Numbered from the stretch's first letter, positions 14,227 to 28,700 are shown. The stretch is DNA of 64,000 bases from Nymphaea colorata (GCF_008831285.2 NC_045138.2:12772001-12836000); one strand, 5' to 3'. The notes: generated by a model from the sequence alone, not told the origin. Numbers and translations are program-made.

Positions 14227-14345
14227 ACCTAGAGGTTTAGGATCTACCAATTTCCAAATCCGATACATCATCACCTTTCATGATACCTAGCGGTTTAGGA
14301 TCTACCAATTTCCCAAATCCGATACATCCTCACCTTTCATGATAC
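14227..14345. repeat. Tandem duplication, ~58-59 bp x2
   Basis: ACCTAG(A/C)GGTTTAGGATCTACCAATTTCC...CACCTTTCATGAT repeated head-to-tail. Confidence 0.9.
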
Positions 14346-14363
14346 TTCGCTTCATAATGGCCA

Positions 14364-14692
14364 CTATGTTACAGTGGTACGCCTCTTTGGGTGGAGTACC
14401 CGTAACGGTACACTGGTACAATGGTATCGGTATGGCGGCATGGCCCGGTATGTTTGGATCTGGATTCGGGTCAGAATTAGATCCAAAATATATTATAACC
14501 TCAAAAGTTTTGTTTTTGTTTCTTTTTTTTATTTATGAGATTATCTATGGATTTATGAAAGGAATGTGATGATATCATTTGATTTTTTTAATTTTTTGAA
14601 TTAAAAATATATAATAATATATAATATTCACCATACCACCATACCAAGATTTACAAAAATGCTGTACCAGTACCCGTACCATTGTGACATAG
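14364..14692. mobile_element. hAT-type MITE (CTATGT(C/T)ACA TIR family)
   Basis: TIRs CTATGTTACAGTGGTAC / GTACCATTGTGACATAG; 8-bp TSD AATGGCCA / AATGACCA. Confidence 0.8.
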
Positions 14693-14863
14693 AATGACCA
14701 TTCATTTTCACGGTCTAAACTAAGTCCTATCCATCATTCACCATGCATCCCTCGGATGACCCTTTGTAAGGATTTATTGTTTTTACTCCATTATCGTTCA
14801 TCATGAATCCCTTACCCCAACAAGCTTAAAAGCCTTTTAGAGGGTGGTGAGTGTTGGCAGAGC

Positions 14864-14903
<40 letters not shown>

Positions 14904-15144
14904 AGAGATGCGCCTCAGTCTTTCGTACTGGCCATGTCTCAAATCGACACTCTCTAGCAACAGTGAGGAAGAAAAGAAGAGGCACGCGACCGCTTCAATC
15001 AAAGGCAGTTATAGAGATATTGCACAATGAGTGGCAGATGGTAGGAAAATGATGGGAAAGGAACGTGGTAATGGATGAAAGGAAATAATGAAGAAGAAGA
15101 CAATGACAAAGGGGAAGCCAGTTGAAGGCAATCACGGTGTTGCA

Positions 15145-15654
15145 TGATCATCTTTTCACTTGTTTAAAGTACTGTTGCAGGCAGTTTCCCCACTGATCGA
15201 CCCCAGTGAGATGTTCTCCGATTCCGAGGGCAAGGGAGAAACGTACGGCATCAAACATGCTTGGTTCCATTGGACCTGGACACACTGATGAGCCGTAGCT
15301 TCACATTGGGCCGAGAGTCTCATGAGACTCCCCACGCCCATAGTTGGCAAACTCGAGAATCAAACTCAGACTGTAAATCAACTTGGTGACTCGGCTGGGT
15401 CAAGTACTAAAGAATTGGACTATCAACATGAAACTGAGTTACCTGACTCTAGCTTTCTGTTTTTTTCTATTTTTTTTTTCCAAATGATATAATTAATTAC
15501 CCAATGCTTAAAGATTCGGTGAAATCATTAAAATGTAAAAAAATAAAAAAAAAAGACATGTTTTGGGAGGTCACTGATAGCCCGACCGACCACGGCTTTA
15601 AGCTTGAGGGTTGTCGAAAATGCAAAAACCGCCAACAAATGGTCCACCCTCCCG

Positions 15655-15703
<49 letters not shown>

Positions 15704-17354
15704 CCAACCAATTCAGCCTCCTCCTCCTTTTTTTGGTCTTTCAATATTGATTCAAGAAAAAAAGGGAACCAAAATCAATTTTGATCATTAATTTAGTTTT
15801 ATATGGCCAAAACCCAAATTGGACCTGACTCGGCCGAGTCAGCCAAGTCTTGGTGTGAATCGCTTGGGTCCTAACCTGTGACCCACTAAGTGAACGATTC
15901 CGATCTGTCGGGTTTGCCAACTATACCCATGTTTGAGTAGGGGTTGTTACCCAGACAACTTCCACTGAGTATTCTTAGGTGGTACAAAACAAAGGACCAT
16001 CGTCGTGGTAAAATTACAACAATGAACTGTCATTCACCACCCTCACAACTGTGCCACTCCATCGAGCTTCTAATTCATCTTAATGACCTTTTTATTATCA
16101 TACATGAATGACAATGTATGTTGCATGCATTTCTGGCAATATGTTACGATTTAAGCATTAAATATACAAGTTGAATAGCATGCGAAGGCAGAATTGAAAA
16201 AGACCAGTCTGTTCGCTCACAACTGGCAAACCTAGAGTCATGGATGATTTCTTAAGTTTGTGAGTTTTTGCAAACTATAGATATTCTTAAACTAAAAGCT
16301 TAGGGCCAGAGTAGGTTCATCGAGCCTAGGCCTAGCTGCCATAGCTTGGCCTCGGCCTAGCCTTGGCTTGGTCATGGCATGACCATGAACGGCTAACCAT
16401 GGTCTACTGGCTTAGCATGGTTAGTCAACCCTAGTTCGCTCAACCCACCATGGTTGACTTGGGTCGGTCAATCGATCCTAGCCGAGCGCCGGTGGGCTAA
16501 GTGGTACTTTTGCACTCAGCATCATGAAACGAGTCTTGTTTGATGGTATGACCTGCATGCTCATAGGGTGGACTGTTCGCAAAAAAACTACGAAAATGCC
16601 CCTATACAAGCGCACTCGGTAAACAACAATTCGACCATCAAAATTAAAATTTGTCTGCTCAAGAAATGGTGGGGAATTCTGAAGATGCATTCCTACATGC
16701 AAATGGATGGAGTATGACTTGAAAAATCGCCTTTTGTTCGTTTTGACAAAATTTCAAACATTCAAAACCAGAGAGCTGTGCGTAAGGTGGCCTACTTGAG
16801 TTGCTGGGCATCGATGCGATCTTCCCGCCATCGCATGCATGCTGCCTTAATTTTTTCCTTCTTCTCTCTCTCTTGCCTCTTTCCTTTATTCACACTAAAA
16901 GGCACCTCCCTTTTAAAGGGGCGGTGTTCTCATGCTTATTTTAAATGTTTTATATAGTATTATATTATATTATATTATGTTTTATTCTTAATCAAGTTCA
17001 ACTTCAATTAATCTTGTTTAGCTTAATAAAACATGATTAGATCACCTTAATTTGTGTTTAGACCTTAATATTTAAATTGGATCAAAATACCCTTGTCAAT
17101 TTTTTGAAATTTCAGTCCTCCCTCAAGGTAAATTTACTATCTAACCCTTGCATTAACACTTAATGACATATATACCCCTTTTGGTAAATTTATTATAATA
17201 TGAAATATACATGTTTGTTTCTCATTCCGATCAAACCTACGCAGAGCATGTTTCGTGCCTCTAAGCACCTAGACTCTTACATGCGAACAATGTAATTCTA
17301 GGGAAATAAATATAAACACATTTAATAAATGAGTTAAAAAATGGAGATTTTACA
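15145..17354 (-). repeat. 3' LTR of Tekay-like element (truncated, interrupted by a MITE)
   Basis: Colinear similarity with 22080-23527; begins TGTAAAATCTCC on the minus strand immediately after the PPT. Confidence 0.8.
15339..15925. mobile_element. hAT-type MITE nested in the LTR
   Basis: TIRs CATAGTTGGCAAAC / GTTTGCCAACTATA; 8-bp TSD CCCACGCC / CCCATGTT. The other LTR has the empty site CCCATGTC at ~22283. Confidence 0.8.
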
Positions 17355-20300
17355 ATTCTTCCCCCCCAACGAAATTTCGTCTGTGAAATTTAAAGAAAAC
17401 TAGTTATCAACTAGGGTTGGTTAGGTATTGCCTCTTCATGGCATCCTCCGGTTCCCACGTACATTCTTCAATTATATGTTGCAACCATCGACCTTTCACC
17501 ATGGGAATCTCTTTATTGCATAGTTTCCTGGTCTTTGATCATATGTGTTGAGTCAAATATGGAACACGTTGTGAACGTGCTCAAATTGTAGTGGTAGAGC
17601 TAATCTATAAGCAGTAGCCTCAATTTTCTCTAAAATCTTGAATGATCTAATATATCATGGGCTGAGTTTTCCTTTATTTTCGAAATAAAAGATGCCATTT
17701 GTCAAAGAAACCCTAAGGAAAACGTATTCACCGGCACCAAAGACAAGCTCTAAACAATGGTTATCAACATAACTCTATTGTCGGTTCTGTGCTGCCAAGA
17801 GTCGTTGTATGATCTTTTGTACTTACTCGAAATAATATTGGATCGACATAGGCCCATCAATACTTTTGGCTCCAATATTAGACCAATAAACAGGTGATCA
17901 GCATGGTCGCCCATATAATGCCTTTTGTGGTGCCATATCAATGCTTGCAAGATAGCTATTGTTATAAGCAAATTCTATCAATTTAATATGTTTAACCCAT
18001 TCGCCTTTCCAATCAAGTGCACATGTACATAACATATCTTCCAATGTTTGTATAGTGTGTTTTGATTGACTATATGTTTGTGGGTGAAAGGTTGTGTTGA
18101 ATTTCAAACAGGTGCCAAATGCCTGTTGCAACTGCCTCCAAAATTTTGTAGAAATCGGGGATCTCTATCTGAAATTATCAATCGTGACACACATAGATGC
18201 TTTCTAAACAAAATTATTTTATTCTTGTCTATAGACATACATGATTTCTAATTTTCTGACATGGCTTTTAGGTGCTCATAATCGGAGTCTTCCTTTTGTT
18301 TACCCTTGATCTCATTTAGAGTGCCAGGCTTGACAAAGAGTCCATTCAAACCAATCACAGACTCAGCAGCTACGAAAGGTTTTCAAGCTCTGAAGTCCTT
18401 AATCAGTTTCAGTGTTAGGTTAGCATACAACTTATTGATCCATTTTCCTTACGACTCAAAGCATCCATCGATTAGCTTTACATGGATGATAAAGAATTTC
18501 AAAATCATAGTCTTTTAGATATTCCATCCACTGTCGTTGTCTAATGTTTATTTCTAACAAAATATGTATTTGAGACTTTTATGGGTTGTATACATTTCAA
18601 ATTTCTCACCATACGAGTAATGTCGCCAGATTTTAAAACGAAAACTACCACTACCAACTCCAAATCATGTACTAGGTAGTTTTGTTCATATGGTTTTAAT
18701 TGCCATGAAGCATAGGTAATAACATGATTGGTCTACATTAGATCACAATCTAAGCCAGTATCTGATGCATCAGAATAATTAATAAAGTTTTCAGTATCAG
18801 AAGGACTGTCAAAATTGGTGCAGAGACCAGTTGGTGCTTCAACTCTTGTAAACTTTCTTAGCATTTAGTCAATCATTAAATTTACTCATTTATGTAAAAG
18901 TCATGTCATAGGAACAACAATACGAGAGAAGTTTTGTATGAATCTTTGATAGTAACCTGTGAGACCCAAAAAACTTTGCATCTCAGTGATATTCTTCGGT
19001 CTCTCCCATGACAAAATAGCTTCAACCTTTGCGGAATCAACTGCTATGCCTTCAGCAGATATGATGTGTCCCAAGAAAATTGCCTTATAACCAAAATTCA
19101 CACTTCGAATATTTGGCAAACAACCTGTTCTCCCTCAAGGTTTGGAGCAGAATCCTTAAGTATTATTTGTGTTCATCGATAGTCATTGAGTAAATAAGAA
19201 TGTCATCAATGAGCATAACTATAAACAATTCCAAACATGGTTGGAACACTCGGTTCATGAGGTTCATAAAAGTTGTTGGGGCATTAGTTAATCCAAATGG
19301 CATAACTTTAAACTCATGATGCTCGTACCTTGTTCTAAAAGCGGTCTTAGGAATATCACACTTCTTGTTTTTTAACGATAATAACCGAATCTCAAACCAA
19401 TCTTCAAAAACACACATGCTTCTCGTAATTGATCAAATACATCATCAATTCTAGGCAAGGGATACTTATTTTTTATAGTTACTAATCAATACACAACCGG
19501 AATGATCCATCCTTCTTCTTCACGAATAATATTGGTGCTCCTCAAGGTGAGATGTTGGGTGTAATGAATCCATTGTCAAGTAATTCTTGTAATTGCTTAT
19601 TTAGTTCTACTAATTCAGTTGGGGCCATCCTGTAAGCAGCCTTAGAAACAATTGCTGTCCCTAGGAGAACATCGATAACAAAATATATTTCTCTGGTTAG
19701 AGGTAGGCTTGACGAATCTTCTCAAAAGACATAGGGGAAGTTTTTCACTACTTCAGTGTCTACCAGTGTTTTTGGTGAATGCTCCGACCAAGCAATACTT
19801 GCAATGAATATTGTAGCACCATTTTCAATACACCTTTGGGCATTCATAGTAGATATAGTATCTCAAATTGGCATTTTCACACTAAAGTGGTATTCTAATG
19901 CCAACTTACTGGGTGGAGTAAATAAAATCTTTCGATCATGACAATTTAGAGAAACATAATGCTCATCTCAACCAATCAATACCCAAAATCACATCATAGT
20001 TATCCATACTAACACAATTAAATTTGCAAGAAAGTTAAGATTAGCAATAATAACTACAACATGAGATGAATAAGTGTGATAAAATAGTTTCAACTCCTAA
20101 AGGTGAATGCACTACTAAAGTAAATCCCATATTTTCACCTAGCATAGGCAATAATTTAGCAAATTCACTAGAAATAAACAAATGAGTGGCTCTAGAATCA
20201 AACATAGTGTGAGCATAAATTTCAGTGATGAGAAAAACACCTTAATGAGTATTCTGTTCTTGATTTGGCTCAGGAGACTTAATGGCAGAAACACACCCTG

Positions 20301-21424
20301 GTGCTTTCAGAGGTGGAGGGAGTTGTGGAAGTCTTGGAACTCTTTGAGATTGCGAGGGCATTGGTGGTTGATATCGTACTGGGAAATCTTTGACATAATG
20401 TCCTTGTTGTCCACAATGGAGGCACACTCTAGATTTAAGGTAGCATTGTCAGTCCCACAAACTGCATCCTTTAAGGGTTGACTAGACTGACTCTATTGTT
20501 GGGTATTTCCACCAGTATACTGGAATCCTTGCTGAAACTGACCTCTGCCAGCTGATCTCTATTTCTTCACTGAAGGCCCAAAATTTATTCCATGACCATT
20601 GAATTGACCTCTTGGCCTGCTCTAATACTCACAAATTCTCTTTCCCTTAAATGTGGATTGGGAATGAACATTCTGCTCCCAGTCATCTTGCATTGCCTTG
20701 GCCATATCTAGGGCCTCAACCAAGGTCTTCGGCTTGTTGGGAAGCACTCTACCTCTCAATGCATCCTTTAAGCCCTTTGTATACTTCTTAGCTTGGGCTG
20801 CTTCTATTGTATATGTGCTGGGATAGTATTTGAGAAGATTTCGAAATTTGCCATATACTCCTGCACAATCATTCCTGGGTCTTGTTTTAATGCTAAAAAC
20901 TCTTCTAACTTCTTATCTTTTTCATTCTCGGTAAAATAAGCCTCCATGGAAACTTCTTTAAACTATTCCTAGATAATCTTTGTTCCTTATGGGAATTGGA
21001 TCTCTTTGATGGTGTCCCACCAAAGACATTCAACGCCTTCCAAGCGGTAAGTGCCAAAATTCGCTTTTTGATCTTCTAATATTTGTAGTACGTGAAAAAT
21101 TCAATCGATACTGCTGCTAATTCCGAATCACCAACTCTTGTAAAGGACGATGGCATGTATTGTGACATAGTGTGAAGGGATTCCATAATAAAATACCTCT
21201 ACTCTACCCATCCTTGTAATTGATTTTCATCCCTAGAAGGATGATCAATAGTTTTTTATAGTACATATAAATATAAATTTAATAGATATTGAACCACATA
21301 AATCAATAATCAACACAGAATTACTGATGAAGTTACTCGTGCCACCACAGAGCAAGATTGGAGAATGATCTGAAGTTTGGACATGTGTGGCTCACTAGCA
21401 CATCGCTCTGATACCATTTAAGTT

Positions 21425-23527
21425 TGTAACATCCCGAAAAGTATCCAAATATTTTTTTTTGGTAGCACAACATTTACAATAACATAACCTACGTAATTGG
21501 CATCGGTCCATGCACAGATAATTGCTTGCATGTTAGCACATGGCACGACCTGGGTAGTTAATGGTTCTAATTAGTCTAAGGTCTAGGTTCACATTTATTG
21601 ATAGTGTGGTTAACAATCAAATTTCATGCGTGGAAATTTGTATCAATCTAGATCAACTTTATAGATTACATGTTGAAGGCCTCACCAACCGTTCTGAGCT
21701 AGTTATAGAGCTGCAAACCACACAAATATATACAAAAGCCAAAATAACAGTCGCATAGAAGTCTGTAGGTCGTAATTGTCAGCTCTACCAAGATCTCCCT
21801 TGTTCACTATTGTGGTGTATCAAAATCGCCTGAAAAATAGTAAAAATTTTACAACATGTGTATGATTTATCATACTTAGTAGGCCTACAGACAAGGTGTG
21901 TGTGAAGATGTAATTCACACATCGAAAACAGTATGTCATAATATTATAATAGGATGATATTCACATCATGAATATAAAATATGTAAGCAGAACTATCAGT
22001 CAATATCACCTATTCATTAGTTTATTCAATCATCACTGAATATTACCTTGTGTGGCACAATACATGTGATATATTCTTCCACGATCATCTTTTACTCAAT
22101 TTCCATTTGTTTAAAATACTGCTAGAGTCTGATTCCCCACTGATTGAACCTAGTAAGATGTTCTATGCTAATAGATTTTGAGGGCAAGAGAGAAACTTAA
22201 GGCATCTACCATGCCTAGTCCCATCAGACCTGGACCCTCATGAGTTGTAGCTTCACATTGGGCCGAGAGTCTAATCAGACTTCCCATGTCTGAGTAGGGT
22301 CCTTATCCAGACAACTCCCACTGTGTCTTCTCAGGTGGTACACGACAAAGGACCATCGTCCTGGTACAATTACAACTATGAACCATCGTTCACCACCCTC
22401 AGAACTGTGCCACTCCATCGAGCTTCTAATTCATTTTGTTATTAATTGTTGCATAACTTTTATGGTCATACATGAATGAGAATTATGCTGAGTATGTTGC
22501 ATGTATGTCAGGCAATCTAACTTGATTTAAGCATTAAATATAAAATCAAATAGCATGCAAAGGGAGAACTGAAAAAGACCAATCAATACGCTAACAACTA
22601 GCAAACCTTGAGTCATGGATGATTTCTTAAGTTTGCGAGTTTAAGCAAAATAAACACATTAGGTTAAACTAACGGTATCACAAAACTATGTTCTTAAAAT
22701 AAAAGCTAAGGATTAGACTAGGTTCGTCGAGCCTGAGCCCGGTTGCCTTAGCCTGGCCTTGGCCTAGCCTTGGCATGGTTATGGCATGACCATGGCTGCC
22801 TAACCATTGCTGGCTTGGGTTGGTCAAGCGATCCTAGTTGAGCGCCAGTGGACGCGCTAGGCTGGGTGGTACCATTGAACTCAAGATCACAACACAAGTT
22901 TGGAGGTACAACCCGTGCGCTTATAGGCTGGACCATTTGCTTAAAACTATGAAAGTGCCCCTACACGAGCGTACTTGGTAAACAACAATCCGACCGTCAA
23001 AATTAAAATTTGTCTCCGTAGATATGGTCTATTGATGTTGATGAATCCGAATATGTATTCAACAATGCAAATAGACAAAGTACGACTTAAAAAATCACTT
23101 GTTGTCCGTTTTGACAAAAATGTAGACCGATTTCAAACATTTAAAACCATACAATTGTGCGTAGGGTGGCCCACTTGAGTTGTCAGATGTCCATGCGATC
23201 TTCCCGCCATCCCAGGTATATTGTCTTGAATTTCTCTTTCTTCTTTCTCTCTCTTCTCTCTCTCTTTCTTTCTCTTTCCTTTCTCCCTTTTCTTTCTCTC
23301 TCCTTTCTCTCTTTTCTATCTCTTCTCTCTCTCTTTGTTTTTTTCTTCCTTCACATGTAGAGGCACCTCCTTTTTAGGGGAGCGGTGCTCTCTTGCTTAT
23401 CTTGAATGTTTTATATATTATTACCATATTTTTACTATATTATATTATATTATCTTCTTAATCAAGTTTAACTTCAACTAATCTTGTTTATCTTAATAAA
23501 ACATTATTAGATCACCTTAATTGGTGT
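21425..23527 (-). repeat. 5' LTR of Tekay-like element (outer end missing)
   Basis: Lies adjacent to the tRNA-Met PBS and aligns with 15145-17060. Confidence 0.8.
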
Positions 23528-25842
23528 ATTGAAAAGGGCTCTGATGCAGGAGCCTGTGCTCAGGTTACCCGACCACACTAAGAAATTTGAAGTTCACATG
23601 AATGCTTCAGATTTTGCTATTGGTGGAGTGTTGATGTAGGAAGGTCTCCCGGTTGCCTATGAAAGTAGAAAGCTTAAAGACACGGAACATCGATACTCCA
23701 TGCACGAAAGATAAATGACAACCATTATCCATTGTCTTCGCACGTGGAGACATTACTTGTTGGGAGCTCAATTTGTGGTGAAGACTGGTAATGTAGCCAC
23801 AAGCTACTTCCAGACTCAAAAGAAGTTGACCCCGAAGCAGGCCCAATGGCAGGGATTCCTTGCGGAATTTGATTTTGCCTTAGAGTACAAGACAAGAAGG
23901 ATGAATGTCATAGCCAACGTGCTAAGTCAGAAGGCGGAGTTGGCAGCTACTCGGACGGCATCATCTGAAGCACAACTTGAAAGTGCTCTTCTTGGGCGGA
24001 TTCGAGAAGGCATGAAGGAGGACCCTATAGCTAAGCACTTAGTCGTGGCAGTTGAGACGGGAAAAACATGACGATTCTGGTTGTGTGACGGAATTTTAAT
24101 TGCAAAGGGCAGACGTGTGTTCGTACCTAGATGTGGCAACCTTCGGCAAGAGTTTCTGAAGGAATGTCATGACTCATTGTGCGCAGGCCATCCTGGCCAG
24201 GAGTGGACATTGGTGCTCTTCGAACGTGGTTGTTACTGCTATAGATGTGCGATGATGTTGAGGCATATGTGAAAACTTGCTTGATTTGCCAATAGGATAA
24301 GGGAACAAATCAGAAGACTGTCGGCCTCTTGGAACCTCTTCCAATTTTAGAACGTTCATAGGAATGTTTCTACATGAACTTCATCGTCAACTTACCTAAA
24401 GTTGACGATTTTAGCTCCATCCTTGTGGTTGTGAATATATTCTCGAAGTGTACGACCTTCATCCCAGCCTCTAAGGAATGTTTCCCGTGGAGAAGACGGC
24501 GCAGTTATTTGTGAAGCATATAGTGAAACACTAGGGCATGCTAAAAAGCATTGTAAGTGATCGTGACGACCGCTTCACCAAAAAGTTTTTGACGCAAAGT
24601 ATTTCGTTTGTTGGTTTTCGATTTGTTATTCTCAACAACTTTTTACTTGCAAACTGATGACCAAACTGAATGGATCAACGACTTGTTGGAACAATACCTT
24701 CGACACTATGTCAGTGTGAAACAAAAGAATTGGGTGAAATTACTGGATGTAGCTCAATTTTACTATAATTTATAGAAGAGTGAGTCTTCTAGACATAGTT
24801 CATTCGAGATAGCCACTGGGCAGCAGCCATTGATGCTTCATACCCTTGCAGCCCAAGAGAAGAGACGACCTACTTTCGCATACTAGTTTGTCAGCGATTG
24901 GCAGGAACAGATGAGGTTGGCTAAGACATTCTTATATAAGGCTGCAAAAAAGATGAAGAAATTTACAGATCAGACTCGAAGGCCAATGGAATTTCGAGTG
25001 GGCGACGAAGTCTTCGTGAAGTTTTATCCTAACCACACAACCATATTTTATGGTCAACACAAGTCATTAATCCTCAAGTATAAATGATCCTTTACAGTGC
25101 TAAAGAGAATCAGAAAGCTAGCCTACAAGCTAAACTTGCTGCCAAACTTTAAGGTGTATTCAATGTTCCATGTTTGTAACATGAAGCCCTTCTGCTTTGA
25201 TGAGAAAGACCCTGATAGAAGCATCCTAGAACGAGACTCGATCATGCAATGAGCCCTACCGATGAAACGAGCGGCAGACTGACAAATGGAAGAAATGCGA
25301 GCAAAAAATATCAAGTGAAGTGGATAGATGAGCAGAACTCAATATGGGAGTATGCATTTTGTATAAAGCAGCACTACGCACTGGAAGTCAAAGCCTATCA
25401 TGAAGCAGCTGGCGCCGAGGATGGTGCATGATTTGAAGGGGAGAGCATGTTCCTCTGTGTCTAGAGTCTATACAGTCTGTTGCTTTGCTATGTACTTCAT
25501 TTACTTATGTTGAGTCTTTCCTTATGCTTGTTCACTTGTAAGGGAGTACCCTCCCACTTGTCTAATGTTGGGGATTCTATGTTTTGGGTGGTTGGCATGG
25601 GAATCTTTGTATGCAGCTTCGGCCAACCCTATGTAAGCAAGTTGAGATTTTCCTTTTTTAACTCTCTCGTGATGTACAAGTTTTCCAACATGAATACATT
25701 GTAAGATTTTTTTATTCACACTTTATTTTCTTTATGCATTTTGCTTTCCAAAATCATCTTTGAGCCCTTTTCGCTGGTTTGAAGGCTAACGGCAAATAGG
25801 CTCTTGTCGTGTCGTACGGCCTCAAAGAGTCAGCCTGTGACA
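23528..25842 (+). mobile_element. 5'-truncated Galadriel-like chromovirus: RNase H-integrase-chromodomain pseudogene plus 3' LTR (25448-25842)
   Basis: Remnant peptides EPVLRLPD..., ASDFAIGGVL, HCLRTWRHYLLG, ECHDSLCAGHPG, IVSDRDDRFT and KKYQVKW...WEYA. PPT GAAGGGGAGAG; LTR TGTTCC...GTGACA. Confidence 0.88.
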
Positions 25843-26649
25843 GGTGCAGTGTTTGTCTCATGTTGGTTATGGTGTACCGCAAGTAGAGTATACCAGCTGT
25901 TGCCAGAATCTTATGAGGGAAAAACTTGGTTTATAATAATGCTCCTAACACTCTTTATCTCAATTATAATAGCTCTCTCTCATTCGAATTATCTTTCTAT
26001 CTTTTTTCTTTTTCCCTCCACAATAATGCAGCCAATATTGAATAATAAGTTGACTATTCATATACTAGAAGTTGATTGTACACTTCTCTCCCTTCCAAAT
26101 GAGTTTTGTTTTTAATCGTAACAATTTGAATATTGTACATCTCTCTCACTCTACAATAAGTTGGCTAACATTGTAATATATAATTTCAATGTATTATTGA
26201 ATTTCTTCACTGAAAAGTAAATGCAATCTTTAGTTTATGCAATAAAAGACTTTTGAAAAGCTGAACCCAAGCAAAAGTCGAAATTCAACTCTGGTTACTA
26301 GTCTTACAGCCACAACTTGTCTCATTGACCAACACCTTTGGTCTGAACAGCATAAGGCTTCCTAGCGATGTTCTGTTCCAGTGCATCATAATATATAGCT
26401 GACTATAACGTCAACAAGCTAGGAAGGCTTACTTCCTTTTAGTTAATAAGAAAAAAAAAATTATTTTTTTCTTGGTCTAATTTCAGTATCATGCACATAA
26501 TTAGCAGCTCTATACAAAGCTCATCATCATCACGATGCTCCAACTAGGAGAATTTGAACTTTCATTTGTAGACCAACGCATTTAGATCTCAAATAGGTCT
26601 CGCACTATCATCACATGCACAAGCTCTCAAAGAAAATTTTCATGCAATT

Positions 26650-27480
26650 CACATGGAAAAAAATGTTTTATCCCTCTTTAACAATATCTGTTTCAAGATG
26701 AAGCTCCAAAATGTTTCTGCATATATCAAGAACTTTGTACAACCAGTAGCATGTGTTGCAGTATTATTTGAGTCTCCCATGTAGTCTCTCCTTTGTCAAC
26801 AACAAAAGTCTAACTGAAATTCTTCCTGAAATTGAAAATCTCCAAAGTATATGAGCCAAGTGGAAACCTTTTATCTGGACTCTTAGTTATAAAATGTGCC
26901 CATGTGCATGGAACATCCATTCCTTTTAAAGTGACATGTACCTCCTTTCAGCTTCATTTAGATCACTCTCTACACCAACCAACTGTACATTATCCCTGCT
27001 CATAAACAGCTCCTGCACCTTGAATATAAATTATTATTTTTTTATGGTTGTTCCTCTATTATGAATGAACCCCCAATCTCAAACCACCTATCTTCATTAA
27101 CCTCAACTTGGCCCCCGTTTATCCATTGGTTCTTTACATCGAAAGCAATATTGTCAGGACCATTTGCATTTGAACCAACACATACTCATGCAGACGCTTG
27201 GTAAGTAAAGAGCAGTTTTACTTCATCAGTAACAAGTTCATGCGCTCATACAGATTCCCTTGTCATGGAAGGAAGCAAGTGGGGTGTACTTGTAGATATA
27301 GTTAATGTCCATGGGCCAAGCGAGAACCATCCATTCAAAGCCATTAGACAAATTGTTATTTTCATGATATGTTTACTCCATAAGCGAGGTTTTGAAAGAG
27401 GACAGGTAAGTCATATAAATCATTTTGCGTCTAAAAGAAGCCTCGCCCTCTATCTACGTGTATGATGAAATGGCCCCTCA
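26650..27480 (-). pseudogene. Degenerate plant mobile domain (PMD/MAIN-like) fragment, probably TE-derived
   Basis: Frame-broken minus-strand peptides (HEYVGS...GPDNIAF..ING; AERRYM...GHIL..PDK; TGCTKFLIYAE) loosely follow PMD motif order. Recognition by eye only. Confidence 0.3.
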
Positions 27481-27849
27481 TTACACATTTACTAACTCAT
27501 ATAGCATATTATAATGTGGATGACAAAATAAAATATTTACAATGGAAAAAAATAAAAAATGCACACAAAACCAATAGAGCACCTCAAATCCCCCCCTGGC
27601 TGGCAAACATGAACATGATCATCAAGGAAATCAACACCCGGGTCAGACAACCGCAAGCACTAGACGACTTGTAAAAAGAAAAGAAAACTTCTTTTTCAAC
27701 TTAACCAACCTCAGACTTGATGCCTTGGTGTTGCAACAAGGGAAAAAATTTGCCACCAACTTTCATGAAAATGCAAAAGCAAAGACAAAGAAGGAATTCA
27801 TGGTTACCTTCCAATGTAAAGAAAAGTAGGCAAGGATTTTGGAGATCTA

Positions 27850-28700
27850 AAGCCCCTGACAAGAAAAGAGTTGTTATCAATGCCAGAAAAATGTCAATAA
27901 AAATAAACAAAATGACGTTTTCTTATGAACGGCAATAAAAAATAATATCGTTGATACTTTTATTGACGTTTCCGCACTCCATTAGTAAAAAATAACTTCT
28001 ATTGATCTGTCAGATTAAATATCACTGAAAATCGGTTTTGATGTTTTATGTTTGTTCCCTTTATTGAAGCAAAAAGCGCATCACCAACACTTTACGGGCA
28101 ACGTCACTGAAAATCATCACCACAAGAAACGACACTGAAAACCAAAGAAAGGTAAGGTTTTTATTGATGTTTTAGAGAAAATGCCACTAAAAATTGAATA
28201 CCTTTAGTAACGTTTACTACTGAAGACAAATGAAAAAGAACTTCTCCACTGACGCGTTGTGGAAAAACATCACAACAAACTTCTACATGCCTTTTGTTGA
28301 TGTTTCATAGGAGACGTCAGTAAATGATTGACCCTTTATTGACATTTACTTCACATCATTGAAAGTTTTCACTGCAGTAGACCTATACCGGTGAATAGTC
28401 TCACGCTGTAGCCTTCTTCATATCCACCAAAAAGGAATAATGAACTCTCAGTGATGTGGATCCATTCTCGTCAATATAGTCTCACACCTTTACTGACAGT
28501 TGGCAAGTATCGTGAATAATTATTGATCTTCACTCACGTTCTTAACGTGTTATTGTTTTCAGTTCAATAAACCTAATACCGGTAACTGATTTCACCGTTA
28601 TAGGAAAAACAATATAGAAGCAATGACGGCATCCACTACGATTTCCTTTTACTAACATTTAGATGGAACGTCAGTAAAGATAAATATTTACTTTCCAATT
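27850..28700. mobile_element. CACTA-like remnant (subterminal repeat array)
   Basis: Many direct and inverted copies of TTTA(T/C)TGACG / CGTCA(G/C)T(A/G)AA; CACCACAAGAAA at ~28118 resembles a CACTA terminus. Confidence 0.45.

Larger units (their letters stand above)
15145..23527 (-). mobile_element. Decayed Ty3/gypsy chromovirus (Tekay/Del-like) with both LTRs truncated
   Basis: 5' LTR 21425-~23527 ends ...TTACA on the minus strand. PBS TGGTATCAGAGC at 21416-21405. Internal remnants: gag zinc knuckle (CLHCGQQGH), RT ([33 protein letters not shown]), RNase H, integrase (AYNNSYLASIDMAP) and chromodomain (~17420-17540, EECTWEPEDAMK). PPT at ~17356-17367; 3' LTR 17354-~15145. Many stops and frameshifts. 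Confidence 0.9.

Noticed and set aside
23523..25847. GGTGT / GGTGC as a TSD around the truncated Galadriel-like element
   Set aside because: The Tekay LTR does not resume after 25847 and the element has no 5' LTR, so this is likely chance.
27850..28700. CRISPR-like repeat/spacer array
   Set aside because: The repeats are short, degenerate, irregularly spaced and in both orientations, which fits TE subterminal repeats in a plant genome.
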